Positions 12,273 through 24,110 of a DNA stretch of 64,000 nucleotides are shown here, piece by piece; position 1 is the first letter of the stretch; each line of letters begins with the position of its first letter. Origin of the DNA: Neodothiora populina (lineage: Eukaryota); the NCBI RefSeq assembly GCF_041146345.1, contig NW_027191413.1, positions 2,232,001 through 2,296,000 on the forward strand, given 5' to 3'. Both the position numbers and the translations under genes were made by a program. The notes under the pieces are model-generated. The model searched no databases, had not been told where the DNA came from, and saw only the letters and a list, made by a program, of their open reading frames with translations.

Positions 12273-15200
12273 ATGGGAGAACCAGACCCATACATGGCCC
12301 TGGCTGGATTGTTGGCAAATCTCGGCAAGCAGTTCAATCCTGTCGACGACAACTCATTCCGTAGTCGTATCGCCACCCACACCTCAAAAACAAATACTGT
12401 ACATCTCCCTGGGCCCGACAGCGATGAGAAACGCCTGCTCGAGAAGGAGGTCGCCGCGTTGGCGGCAAGGATACAATACCTCGAGAGCCGAGTCGGCACT
12501 ACCGCCGCTGCTAACCTACCGATAACGCCAAATGAGCCGCTGGCCTCGGCCTTCCCTGGTTATGCCTCCCCTATCGATTCTCCAACCGCCGCGAGACAAC
12601 CTCCGAGACGAGGCTCTGTCTCCCTGGTGAACAGCTTGCTGGCCAAGTCGGATAGTCCCAAGGGCGAGCAGCTGCCTAGGCAATTCACTGAAGAAGAGCT
12701 CATTCTGCTTCGCGATCATGTCGACAAGCAGAGCGAACAGATCAGAGAGCAGAAGGAGTACATTGACAGCATAAACGACAAGCTCCAACAGCAACGACGT
12801 GCCACCGAGCACGCCCTGGGTAGCATCACCGGGTCAATGGATGATGTCGAAACGCTAAAACGCGAGCTGTCCAAAAATCAGCAGATCAACTCGACTTACC
12901 AAAAAGTTCTGCGAGAAATCGGCAGCATCGTCACTGCCGTTGCCAATGGTGACCTGAGCAAGAAGGTCCTCATCAATGCCAAGGAAAGAGATCCCGAGAT
13001 TGCGACCTTCAAGCGAACCATCAACAAGATGGTGGATCAATTGCAGGACTTTGCCAGTCAAGTCACACATCTGGCCAAGGAGGTCGGCACCGAAGGCAGA
13101 CTAGGTGGTCAAGCTGTTCTGCCCGGAGTCGATGGTATCTGGGCCGAGCTGACAGACAATGGTAAGTCTTGTGTTCTCTGTGTCTAGCTTGTACTGTATC
13201 CCACAGGGTTCTAACACATCACCAGTCAACATTATGGCTGCAAACCTGACCAACCAAGTGCGAGAAATCGCAGTTGTCACGACTGCTGTCGCCCAAGGCG
13301 ATCTGAGCAGAAAAATCCAACGTCCCGCTCGGGGAGAAATCCTACAGCTACAACAGACCATCAACGGAATGGTAGACCAGCTACGAACATTTGCTACCGA
13401 AGTTACCCGTGTGTCTCGCGATGTCGGCACTGAAGGTGTGCTTGGAGGACAAGCCCAGATCGAGGGAGTCCAAGGCATGTGGAACGACCTAACTGTCAAT
13501 GTAAACGCCATGGCCGACAATCTCACCACGCAAGTGCGGGATATCGCAGAAGTTACCACTGCCGTCGCGCGAGGTGATCTCACTCAGAAGGTCAAGGCGC
13601 AATGCAAGGGAGAAATCCTGGAGCTCAAGTCTACGATCAATGGTATGGTGGACCAACTACGACAATTCGCACACGAAGTCACGAAGATTGCTCGCGAGGT
13701 CGGTACCGAGGGACGACTCGGCGGCCAAGCAACTGTGCATGGTGTCGAAGGCACCTGGATGGACCTTACCGAGAACGTCAACGGTATGGCCATGAACCTT
13801 ACGACTCAAGTGAGAGAGATCGCCGAGGTCACAAAGGCTGTCGCCAAGGGAGATCTCAGCAAGAAGGTCGGGGCCGAAGTCAAGGGAGAGATCCTGGAAC
13901 TCAAGGTCACCATCAACACCATGGTTGACCGCCTCAGTACTTTCGCCTTCGAGGTCAGCAAGGTCGCTCGCGAGGTCGGTACCGAGGGAGTCCTCGGTGG
14001 TCAGGCTGAAGTTGAGAATGTTGAAGGCAAATGGAAAGATTTGACCGACAACGTGAACACCATGGCCAGCAACTTGACTAACCAGGTCCGAGGGATCTCC
14101 GACGTTACGCAAGCCATCGCCCATGGCGACATGACACAAAGGATCAAGGTGCATGCGCAAGGCGAGATACTTCTCCTCAAGGACACCGTCAACGACATGG
14201 TTGCTCGTCTGGACGATTGGTCGCTCGCAGTCAAGCGCGTCGCCCGCGATGTCGGTGTCGATGGTAAGATGGGTGGTCAAGCCAATGTCGAAGGTATTGG
14301 CGGCAGATGGAAGGAGATCACAACTGACGTTAACACTATGGCTCAAAATTTGACGTCTCAGGTACGCGCTTTCGGCGATATCACGAACGCTGCCATGGAC
14401 GGCGACTTCACCCAGATGATCACTGTCGAAGCCTCTGGCGAGATGAACGAATTGAAGCAGAAGATCAACAAGATGGTCACAGGCCTGCGGGAGAGTATTC
14501 AACGAAACCAGGCTGCCAGAGAAGCTGCAGAACTTGCCAACAAGACAAAATCAGAGTTCCTGGCGAACATGTCTCATGAGATTCGAACGCCAATGAACGG
14601 TATCATTGGTATGACTCAGTTGACGTTGGACACTGAGCTCAATCAGAGTCAAAGAGAGATGCTCAATCTCGTGTTCAACTTGGCCAACAGCCTGTTGACC
14701 ATCATCGACGACATCCTTGACATTTCAAAGATCGAAGCAAACAGAATGGTTCTAGAGGAGATCCCCTTTTCTCTTCGGGGCCAGGTCTTCAACGGCTTGA
14801 AGTCGCTAGCCGTCAAGGCAAACGAGAAACGACTTGATCTCGCATATCACGTTGACAGCTCTGTGCCTGATTATGTCATAGGCGACTCCTTCAGACTCAG
14901 ACAGATCATTCTCAACCTCGTCGGAAACGCTATCAAGTTCACCGAACGTGGGTCAGTAAGAGTGATAATTTCTGCCGCTGATCAGACTGGCTGCTCCTCA
15001 GGCGAATACTCAATCAAGTTTGCCGTGACAGATACTGGTATCGGCATACCAAGCAACAAGCTTGATCTCATTTTCGACACATTCCAGCAGGCAGACGGAT
15101 CCACGACTCGAAGATTTGGTGGAACAGGCTTGGGTCTCTCCATTTCTCGCCGACTTGTCGGACTCATGCACGGAAGGATGTGGGTCGAGTCCGACTACGG

Positions 15201-16379
15201 AAACGGCAGTACTTTCTTCTTCACGACTAGATTCCGTGTCGGCAACCCCGACCTGTCCGCTATCCGAACACAGATGTCTGCCTACCGCGGTCACAACGTG
15301 TTGCTCATTGACAAGGGCAAGACTGGATGCTTTGATGAGATTCTGCAACACTTGCGCGAGCTCAGCCTTGTCCCCATGGTTGTCAAGGACGAAGAAGAAG
15401 TACCCACACCCGAGGCTGCAGCCGCCAAGGGAACCTCGTACGACTGCATTATAGTCGACTGTAGTTCAGTTGCCCGATCTCTCCGAAACGTCGAGGACTT
15501 CAAATACGTACCCATCGTCATGCTAGCACCTGTTATCTCTATGAACTTTAAGAGTGCACTAGAAGATGGCATTGCCAGCTACATGACAACGCCATGCTTG
15601 GCCATCGACTTGGGCAATTCTCTCATTCCTGCTCTAGAGGGTCGTGCAGCTCCTGCATCTGCTGATCCGTCCATGAAGTTTGACATACTCCTCGCGGAAG
15701 ACAACGCTGTCAATCAACGTCTCGCTGTCAAGATTCTACAAAAGCATCACCACACCGTGACGGTCGCGAACAACGGTCTTGAGGCATTCGAGGCTATCAA
15801 GAAGAAGCGATACGATGTCGTGCTCATGGATGTTCAGATGCCCGTCATGGGTGGCTTCGAAGCGACTGCTAAGATCCGTGACTATGAACGAGAACACCAG
15901 CTCTCTCGTTCTCCTATCATTGCGCTGACTGCACACGCCATGTTGGGCGATCGTGAAAAGTGCATCCAGGCTCAGATGGATGAATATCTGTCCAAACCCT
16001 TGAAGCCCAACCAGCTCATCCAGACTATTCTGAAGTGTGCAACTCTTGGCGGCGCCCTTCTTGAGCGCAACAAGGACCAGCGCATGACGATTGCTGAGGA
16101 GAACCGAGCAGACAGTCGATTGTTACCTCCTCCAAACACACCCGCTGCTGGATCAAGCCCGTCTAGTACTTCTAGCACGCCCAAGCGGCCGCAAATGGAG
16201 GTGAGAGGTTACACGGAAGTCCCTCTCGACAGCCCTGCAATTCTCACTGCAGATCAGACGGATCCAATAGAAAGGGTAAACTCTTGCCCTCCGCCAGTAC
16301 AAAAACGGTTCCCTACTTTACATTAACTAACTTTTCTTTGTGTATGCAGGAAATCTTGATGCGATCTCACTCTAGTTAA
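12273..16379 (+). CDS. NIK1: Group III hybrid histidine kinase (poly-HAMP, HisKA, HATPase, receiver)
   Basis: Six AVAxGDL-type HAMP repeats, H-box [19 protein letters not shown]-box [15 protein letters not shown]1 DTGIGI, G2 [10 protein letters not shown], receiver [10 protein letters not shown]. Introns at ~13162..13225 and 16276..16349; last exon encodes EILMRSHSS*. Confidence 0.97.
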
Positions 16380-18582
16380 GATTGCGATTTCTGTAGATGT
16401 AGCCGGTCATGATCGTCTGAGAACATAGAGCTGTGTGAAGCTCAACCTCGACTTTCATTGCTCTACTTACATTGCATGGCAAGGCGTCAGAGAGGCGTTG
16501 GGTAATTGAAAACTACAACAACAAAGCGATGGTGCGTGTGTTCTGGATTTGGAAGGAAGATGGTAAGGAGGGGGAAACGGGACTAGGTTCGGACATATTG
16601 GAGCAGCAAAAAAAAGAGAAACCAACATTGTCAATTGGTGGAGCATATGGGTGTTTTGAAACAGGGCAAGAAACGAACAGCATTGCGGAGTTGTGCGTGC
16701 TCTTCTCGTCGCGCGGATTCACTGTTTCTTTACTTGGTATTCGCAGTCTTGTCTTATAAGGTTTTCTGTATTCTTCATTCCTTGTCGCATCGGATCTCTA
16801 TACATCTGAGGAGTAAAAGGAAGGGTGTCATCTCTGCTGTTACTACCACCTCTCTCTGCTTCCACCACCACTATTACTATAAGTACACACGTAAATACGA
16901 TACGAACGAAAGGAAGGGACAATGGTTACTTTTAAGATAATTTCAGTCAGCCGCATAATCCGCCCGTCGTTCGATGAACCGACATTCGAGACCACAGTGA
17001 TAATCCCATTCACCATCCTATCTGTTATTTATAACAAAAGGCGAAAAGTCCACCCGAAGTCAAAAGAAAGATATAGACTTTTTCTGGCCCCCGTGGGCGA
17101 GCGGGCGCCTCATGAGGCTCTGATGATCCCTGCAATAGCAGCAAAATCGAATACTGTATCCATTTAAAGATCTGTCCGGCTGGCCTGTCAGAAAGTGTCA
17201 GATATTCTGCGATCCGCGTTTCACGTGTCATTGTCATGGGTTGCTGGGCTTCTCCGCCTAGGGCAGAAGCTTGGATGGGCGGCTAAGGGAATAGGTTTCT
17301 CAGTTGCCTGGGTTTCTGCCTTGTGATTCTCGTGTAGTCATATAGCTACCTTACTGTAAGCTTGCTCAAGAAATACTTCCAGTTGTATCTCTCTGTACAG
17401 TAAAAATCAGGTACAGTAAAGCGCACCTACAGCTAGGCACTAAGCGAGCGAAAGGCAACGCACCTCGCTCTAATTAGCAAGCCCTGCCGAGAGAGAAGCC
17501 CTGACCCTTTCGCTTCAGTCGGGGGGAGAGTTGGTGGCTTTTTTCCACCCGCGCAGAAATTGACGAATCGGTTTCGTACGGAGTAAATGCTCGCTCGCTT
17601 ACTTACTTCAGTTGGTTGTACGCCCTGCGGTTACACAAGTGATTACGTACTGTTGTTGCCGATCGTCGAGCCGATGCCACTCTATCTCGCTTTCTGTGAG
17701 TATAAGGTAGGTCTCTTCCTCTCTACGTGGAGTAATGGTCTTTGAACTTGGAAGCTTTCGAGATGATTCGCGATGAGTGTGAGGTGGAGTCATTCGTAAT
17801 GACTAGTGCTTACTCCGGATCTACTGTAAGACAGTGGGAGAGTTTTCTGTCTTTCGGAACTGCCTCTAATGGTCGCAAGACTTGACATGTACATACGTAC
17901 GTTACGCACTACACAAGGTAAGGTACCTGGTATGCAAGCAAAGAAAACTCGGTTTCACGGGAAGGAAAAGAAGCTTAAATATGACATGTTCCACCGCGTC
18001 TGGCATATCGCCGACCCTGAGTATAAAGCTGCTGACTGGGTCACTGGAGGCTGCCTTCATTCGTTTATCGCCATTTCATCTCAAGAATGGATAAGGTACC
18101 ACTTTGCAACCTCTTATTCTTTCCCGCATAGTATACCTGAGGTGGTTTAGCTTGGTCTGTGTAGTGGCGTGTATTGTAGGGCCCGAGCCCGGTGGCCGTT
18201 TCTAGGTTGGACACGGATATGGTGGCTGCCGTGTTGCCGCTACGGCGCCCAGAGTGAAGTAGAAAACCATTTTAGTGCCCCCAAATCCGCACAAATTACC
18301 GTTTCGAGAGACTTTCCCGAGCAAAAGGAATCGCTGACAATAAATCCAACACTGCAATCCTATCTCAATCTTCAATGGTTTAGGATTCTTACTTGATGAT
18401 AATGTCTCGCACCTAGCTACGTGCATATTGCTTTCTATCCACTCGTGTCTAATTCTGTTGATACTCAATTTGGTTCCGCGTACTCACTCTTCGCATCTGA
18501 TTTTAAACAACATCTCTTGGCCGCGTCTATTCTTCTTGCGAGTCGGATTACAACAACAAGCATAATCGCATAAGCAGACAAC

Positions 18583-19600
18583 ATGGCGATTGGCAATTCG
18601 GGCTGTACCCCAGCGTGGGACCCCAGCTTCGGCAATGCCTATGGCTACAAACCTTCATTGGCCGGCGGTATCGTCTTCTGCGTTCTGTTCGGGCTGTCGA
18701 TGTTGGTACATGTCGGTCAATCCATCTATTACAGGTCGTGGTGGTCAATGGTCTTCGCTGTGGGAGCTCTGAGTAAGTCGAACATTTCCGCAATCGGACA
18801 GAGCGGCACTAACAAGTGATCTCCAAACAGCGGAATTATTAGGATGGGCGGCTAGGACATGGTCATCAGAATGTCCGTACAACGCCAATGCTTTCCTCAT
18901 GCAAATCACCACGCTGATTATCGGTATATATCCTTGATCTGAGGTCTGTTACTGTGAGCGCATTGGTCTAACATGCTAAACAGCCCCTACTTTCTTCACC
19001 GCGGGCGTATATGTCATCCTCGGGCGTATCATCCAGATCCTAGGACGCAAAACCTCGCCCATTTCTCCTGCGATGTATCTGTGGATCTTTTGCACAATTG
19101 ATGTGATGTCTCTCGTCATCCAGGCGGTTGGAGGTGGTCTTGCCGCGGTCGCTTTTAACTCCACTCCACAGACCAACACGAAGCCAGGTACAGATACCAT
19201 GGTGGCCGGTATCGATTTCCAGCTGGCTTCGGTCATCATCTTCACCGCATTCTTTGCCTATGTCATCTATCGGGCTACTGTCATCCTTCACATGCCTGTC
19301 TTCAAGACAGACAAGAACATGAGAACGCTGGTGTTCTCAACGGGATTCGTAATCACGCTTGTGGTCATGAGAAGCATTTACCGTACCATTGAACTTGCTG
19401 GTGGCTGGGAAGGATATGTGATCCAGACGGAGCGCTTCTTCCTCGCCTTGGACGGTGCGTCTATGGCTGCAGCCGTCATCACTTACAATATCATTCACCC
19501 TGGCATGCTGCTCCAAAGGATCGGTCAGAGTGAGGATCAACACATCGACAAATTGTACGATGGTGAAGCGGCGATGCAGACGGACATGCCCGAAAAATAG
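18583..19600 (+). CDS. RTA1/RSB1-like lipid-translocating exporter family membrane protein, 3 exons
   Basis: YGYKPSLAGG, ELLGWAAR, FLMQITTLIIAPTFFTAGVY, DVMSLVIQAVGGG, RSIYRTIELAGGW and IHPG motifs. Introns at ~18773..18830 and ~18924..18982. Confidence 0.9.
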
Positions 19601-20298
19601 TCTTTCTCGAATTGCTGTCTGTCTAGTCTGTTGCGCTGCTATCAAGAGAGACTCTACAATGCTCCTTCTTATACTATTATTTCATGTTAGTAATTTTAGA
19701 CAGACGTCATTGAACGTCAATAATTGTTATTATCAACCTAAATCATATAGAGTTCAAGAGTTCTATACACTTACCAATTATAGACCGCGCACATGTAGAC
19801 GTGTTTCGAACGCACTGGTTGGAAAGCCGCACAGCACATGTCTTGCACTACACAGAGACTTCTTATAAGTACTGCAAGCAAAGATAGAGGTGATGCGGGA
19901 CGCTCTGTAACTACTATCTCACTCGCTCCGTGAACGGATCCTAAGGTCTTGCTTCTGTGAGAAGGCTGAGGCCCAGACGATGCCGCTGCACTGTCTCGCG
20001 ATGTCCGTCGGCAACAATAGCATCATCGTCGAAGTGAGGCACGATGTGATAATGAGGTTCGATGACAATGATGCAATGAGAGATGATGGTCTCCCAGACG
20101 ACAAACAACACATCTGCCGGGCCGAATGCGCGCTAGAGACACGAGAGATCGCGGGGCAGCTTAATTGAAGTCGCGAATGTCTCTCAACCACAATTTGCAT
20201 TTCACTCTACTTGACTTTCATATCTTTTGATATACATTTTCTGCTGCAACACAAATAACAGTCTTAACTGTACTTTTACACAACATCCACCTACAGCC

Positions 20299-21165
20299 AT
20301 GGCGCATATCCGCAAGCGTCAATTCCAGTCGTCCGGCACTCCGAATCAATCCTCCATCACTTCCTTCTTCACACGCATTGATCCAAGCAATCCTCCTGCC
20401 GATTATGATCCCTATGACCGCAAACATCAACCTGCTTTTGCGCCACCACTCCCCGACCCTGTGCAGTCACAACTCATGAACATGGGTATGCGCATCCGCA
20501 AGTCCGTCCCCGAAGGCTACAAAACGCACAAGACGCTGCCGACTTCTTCGGCGCCGCCGATGATGGCCCCCACGACAAGAAAGCCAACCTTGACGCCCTC
20601 GGAGTCGGCACCATCCAGCAGTGCACCCGCAACTCTATACACGAAGCCCAATGAGCTTGTGCCCATGTGTGGTCTTCACAAGATTGGCGGCTATGCCTCG
20701 CAGCCCACGTCTTCCTTACCGGCGCTTTCTCATTCTCAATCCACCCTTGCTTCCTCCTGGTCATCAACTGCCGCGCAAAGCACTCCGAATGCAAGTCATA
20801 TGAACAACAATAGCAACAACAATCTCCGTAAACGCAGCTACGATGACGAGATCGAGGACGAACTGGACGCAATCTTCTCCGATGAGCAAGGCGACGAAGA
20901 CGACGTCGACAACGACACCCTAGACGGCAAATCATCACCCGCCGGCAACAGCAGCAAATCGAAAACCCGCCCTTTCAGCCATTCCAGTATGCCGGAACTG
21001 GACCGGAAAAGTGGCATCATCAATCCAGGCAGCAGGCCGAAAGCGAGGATGAGAGCCAGAGCTTCGCCCGGCACGTTAGCGGCCAATTCTCTCGCCTCGT
21101 CTACTGCGATTAATGATTTCGATGATGGGGATGTCAACTTCTTGCAGCCCATGGACTGTGATTGA
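20299..21165 (+). CDS. Spd1/Dif1-like ribonucleotide reductase inhibitor family protein (disordered)
   Basis: HUG-type motif VQSQLMNMGMRIRKSVPEGYK (compare S. pombe Spd1 QGSLMDVGMRVRKS). N-terminal QSSITSFF and C-terminal DFDDGDVNFL. ATG is in a good context (GCCATGG). Confidence 0.8.
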   Translation: MAHIRKRQFQSSGTPNQSSITSFFTRIDPSNPPADYDPYDRKHQPAFAPPLPDPVQSQLMNMGMRIRKSVPEGYKTHKTLPTSSAPPMMAPTTRKPTLTPSESAPSSSAPATLYTKPNELVPMCGLHKIGGYASQPTSSLPALSHSQSTLASSWSSTAAQSTPNASHMNNNSNNNLRKRSYDDEIEDELDAIFSDEQGDEDDVDNDTLDGKSSPAGNSSKSKTRPFSHSSMPELDRKSGIINPGSRPKARMRARASPGTLAANSLASSTAINDFDDGDVNFLQPMDCD

Positions 21166-21503
21166 TTGCTTAATTGTTATTCGGTCGATGAAATCAGTCT
21201 TGTCTTTCTCTGTGCTGGATATAAGTAACGTCCGTTCCTACATGGCTGTTTGGTTCTGGGCAATTTTATGGCGTTTGTGTTTTAGCGCATGCGTAGTAGC
21301 ATCCATTGGGCGTCCTTTTCTGTATTCGCAAAACAGCCAGTCATTTCACGGGGCAACAAGCTCTTGCTCTGGGTAGCGATTCTGTCATTCATCATAAGTC
21401 GGCTTTGGCTGTTTACATATCGAGTGGTAGGAGGGAGGGAAGGAGGATTAGTTTCATGACAAATGGGACCACTCATTTGGGTGAGATCATGTCTTCTACG
21501 ACG

Positions 21504-21523
21504 TGAATGAATGAATGAATGAA
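21504..21523. repeat. (TGAA)5 microsatellite
   Basis: tgaatgaatgaatgaatgaa is read directly. Confidence 0.85.
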
Positions 21524-22416
21524 CAGTATTCGTGGGTCTCTTCGACCAGAATTCTGGATTTCAAATCATGTAGCAATGGTGTGATTGACCAGTGTATAGA
21601 TATCTCTCACAAAGAGCCAAGCAACATTATTGCCTCAAGGAGTAGACCTACACTCCTCTATCGTGCTTGGTCGCGTGCCCCACCCGTGCCCTCACGTTCC
21701 CTAAGACGCAGCATCTTGAAGCAATGAAGAACCAAGACATTTTCAGCAATCTACAAGATCTACCCTACAGTGTAAAAAAAAACCCCCCGATAATCACCAT
21801 ACTGATATCACCGTGTAGCATACCATCCATCAGATATCAGATCTATTGACCCTCGAAACTGAGAACGACCACCTAATCGAGCGACAGGGTCGCCCCTTCT
21901 TCCCACAATTTGAAGTACAACAAGAGTAGAAGCACACGCCCAGGTCTTGGCGTTTTTGGGATCCACTGAGGGCCATGGTACGGCATGCAATCGGGTGTCA
22001 GTTCATGACACATATGTATGCACGTGGTTTTACTTTGGTGATGCTATGCAGGTACCTACACAGGGATAGGCTTTGGAGTATTAGGGCGACAGTTCGAGTG
22101 TTTGTAAGATATTGTGGGATGAAGAGGAGCACTACTGGTTCACTAGGCATTCCATGTATATCCGAGAGGTACAAGGCAACTGTGGGAGTTGGTATGTGTG
22201 CATGTCAAGGGTCTGGTATCCAAAGTGTTTTGTTCGAACGAAGGAGAATGGCTGGCTTGGAGCTATTATTTGTGTTTTTTTTCATTCCTCGTGATATATA
22301 ATATGCAAGGGCTTATGTCTACCTGTACAGACATTGCCTGGTATCCTATGGGTCTTGAATATCGACCTTCAAACTCTCATAGTGAGAAAGCGAAATATGC
22401 GATGACATCTTCAGAT

Positions 22417-22884
22417 CTAGTGAGCACCACCGTGGCCTCCAAGGGGACCGTTTTGGGTGTTGCGATCTCCGCTCTTGCCAGCAGCCTGGGAGATGGTGTT
22501 AGTCTTGCGGATGATGACTGGTCTTCTTATCGACGATGCATACCTCGGTCTCCAGAATGTTACCCTTCTCGAGGATCTGAATCACGACATCCTCCTCCTT
22601 GTGAGTGCCAAACTCGTTGTCGAGCTGAGAGTTGGAGGCAGTGTCTAATTGACCTTGGTTTCCGTGCCTGTACATCTGTTAGTGCAGCTCCGACTGTATG
22701 GCAACGAAAGCTCCAAGACTCACTTGTGGGTGCAGAAGATCTTCCAGCCGTTGACAACCTGAGCCAATGGCACCGACTTGTCGGCCTTCCAGTCTCTGAC
22801 GGACTGTGCGGAGTCGACGAAGATGACAAAGTCATCGCCCTCGCCCTTGTAGTGGACCTTGACTTGAGCTGCGTTTCCGTGCAT
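22417..22884 (-). CDS. RTC3: Rtc3/YHR087W-like SBDS N-terminal-domain protein, 3 exons
   Basis: Spliced translation MHGNAAQVKVHYKGEGDDFVIFVDS..PLAQVVNGWKIFCTHK|HGNQGQLDTASNSQLDNEFGT..ILEKG. Introns at ~22668..22723 and ~22487..22543. It is not seen as a single ORF in the supplied track. Confidence 0.88.
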
Positions 22885-24110
22885 GCTGAGTGGATTCGTG
22901 GATGGACTAAAAAGGTATGAAGAGAGTTCGTATCTGTGATGATTGCAAGAGATGGTGTTTGAGAAGATTGTATTTGTAGTTGGTATAAAGAGAAGCCAAA
23001 GGTAAAGTAGCTGTCAAGCTGTCAACATTAAAAAGACATGCCCCTCCGACACGCGACCAGGTGATCTCATTGCCCTGAGCTCCCACTCCTACGTCATCAG
23101 GTACCTTGCACTGCAGTACTTGGACCTCCAGTGCACGGATGTTCATGCGAGGGGTCGTTTCATTGCCCACTTCCAACTTGTTCTCGATCACGGGGCATAC
23201 TTACAAGTAAATCATTGATGAATTCTAATATCAACGATATACTCCGCCTTCCAAATGAAACGCATCTTGTTTAGCAGCCCAAACAATTTAGAAAATACAG
23301 GCTGGTCATGAAATGACGAGGCTTGAGTCTGGGCACTCCTGTATCTGATCTTACCTAAGGCTAGGTAGCTAACTTACATGCCTTACCTTATGAATTCTTA
23401 CTCATAGCAAGACGACTTCGTATGAACGTGGGCTTCGGTATCAAGTACAACTCACGAGTGTGTCTCTACATCTCAAACGAACAGCTGCCGCTGCTTAAGG
23501 TAGTAGCTGTGTTGATGATGTATACACGAGGCCGTATTCTTATCTCGAGCTTTGCGGCGGCCTCGGACGCAACAGCGTCGCCATCACAAATAGCCTGATA
23601 CATATTTGTTGTGTACCTTAATGTAAGTTGTTCCAAGTGCTGGCAAATTCGAGGTTCTCTGAAAGCTCTGCACCCCGAGATCGTATATACATCATGGCAT
23701 CCACCCGATCTTGCGCTGGGCTTGCACGAAGTCTTGAGATTGTAAGATGGAACCAGAAAACCACGTCTTGCATCCCGTCCTCAACGCTACTACCTAAGGT
23801 ACTTTAACGTAAGGCGAGCTTCTCACGGTGTCGAATCTGGAAGGAGCCTGTGACAAGCACTTTCCACTGTATCACAGACTTCGAAGTACGAATGTCAGGG
23901 CAACAAACCAATCCATTCGATATTCCAAGCTTGACCACGTCGATCCGTAGCATATCCCAGCCGATGTCCTGGATGTATCGTCGTGGCCTGCCTCTAGGCA
24001 TGACTTTCTTTCCCTGTCATCAATCGTGAACTGCTGCGGCTGTTTTGGAATGCATTGTATGGACTGATCGCGAGAATTACTCTTCTCTTGGACTACTTTG
24101 GAATCACAGC

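Noticed and set aside
12930..14480. ~276-bp nucleotide periodicity
   Set aside because: Fully explained by the HAMP repeats of the histidine kinase.
13657..14502. 281-aa antisense ORF and other long shadow ORFs (e.g. 22189..22920+, 26173..26856-, 27719..28375-, 61784..62515+)
   Set aside because: They overlap well-supported genes or promoters, lack recognisable motifs and are explained by codon bias.
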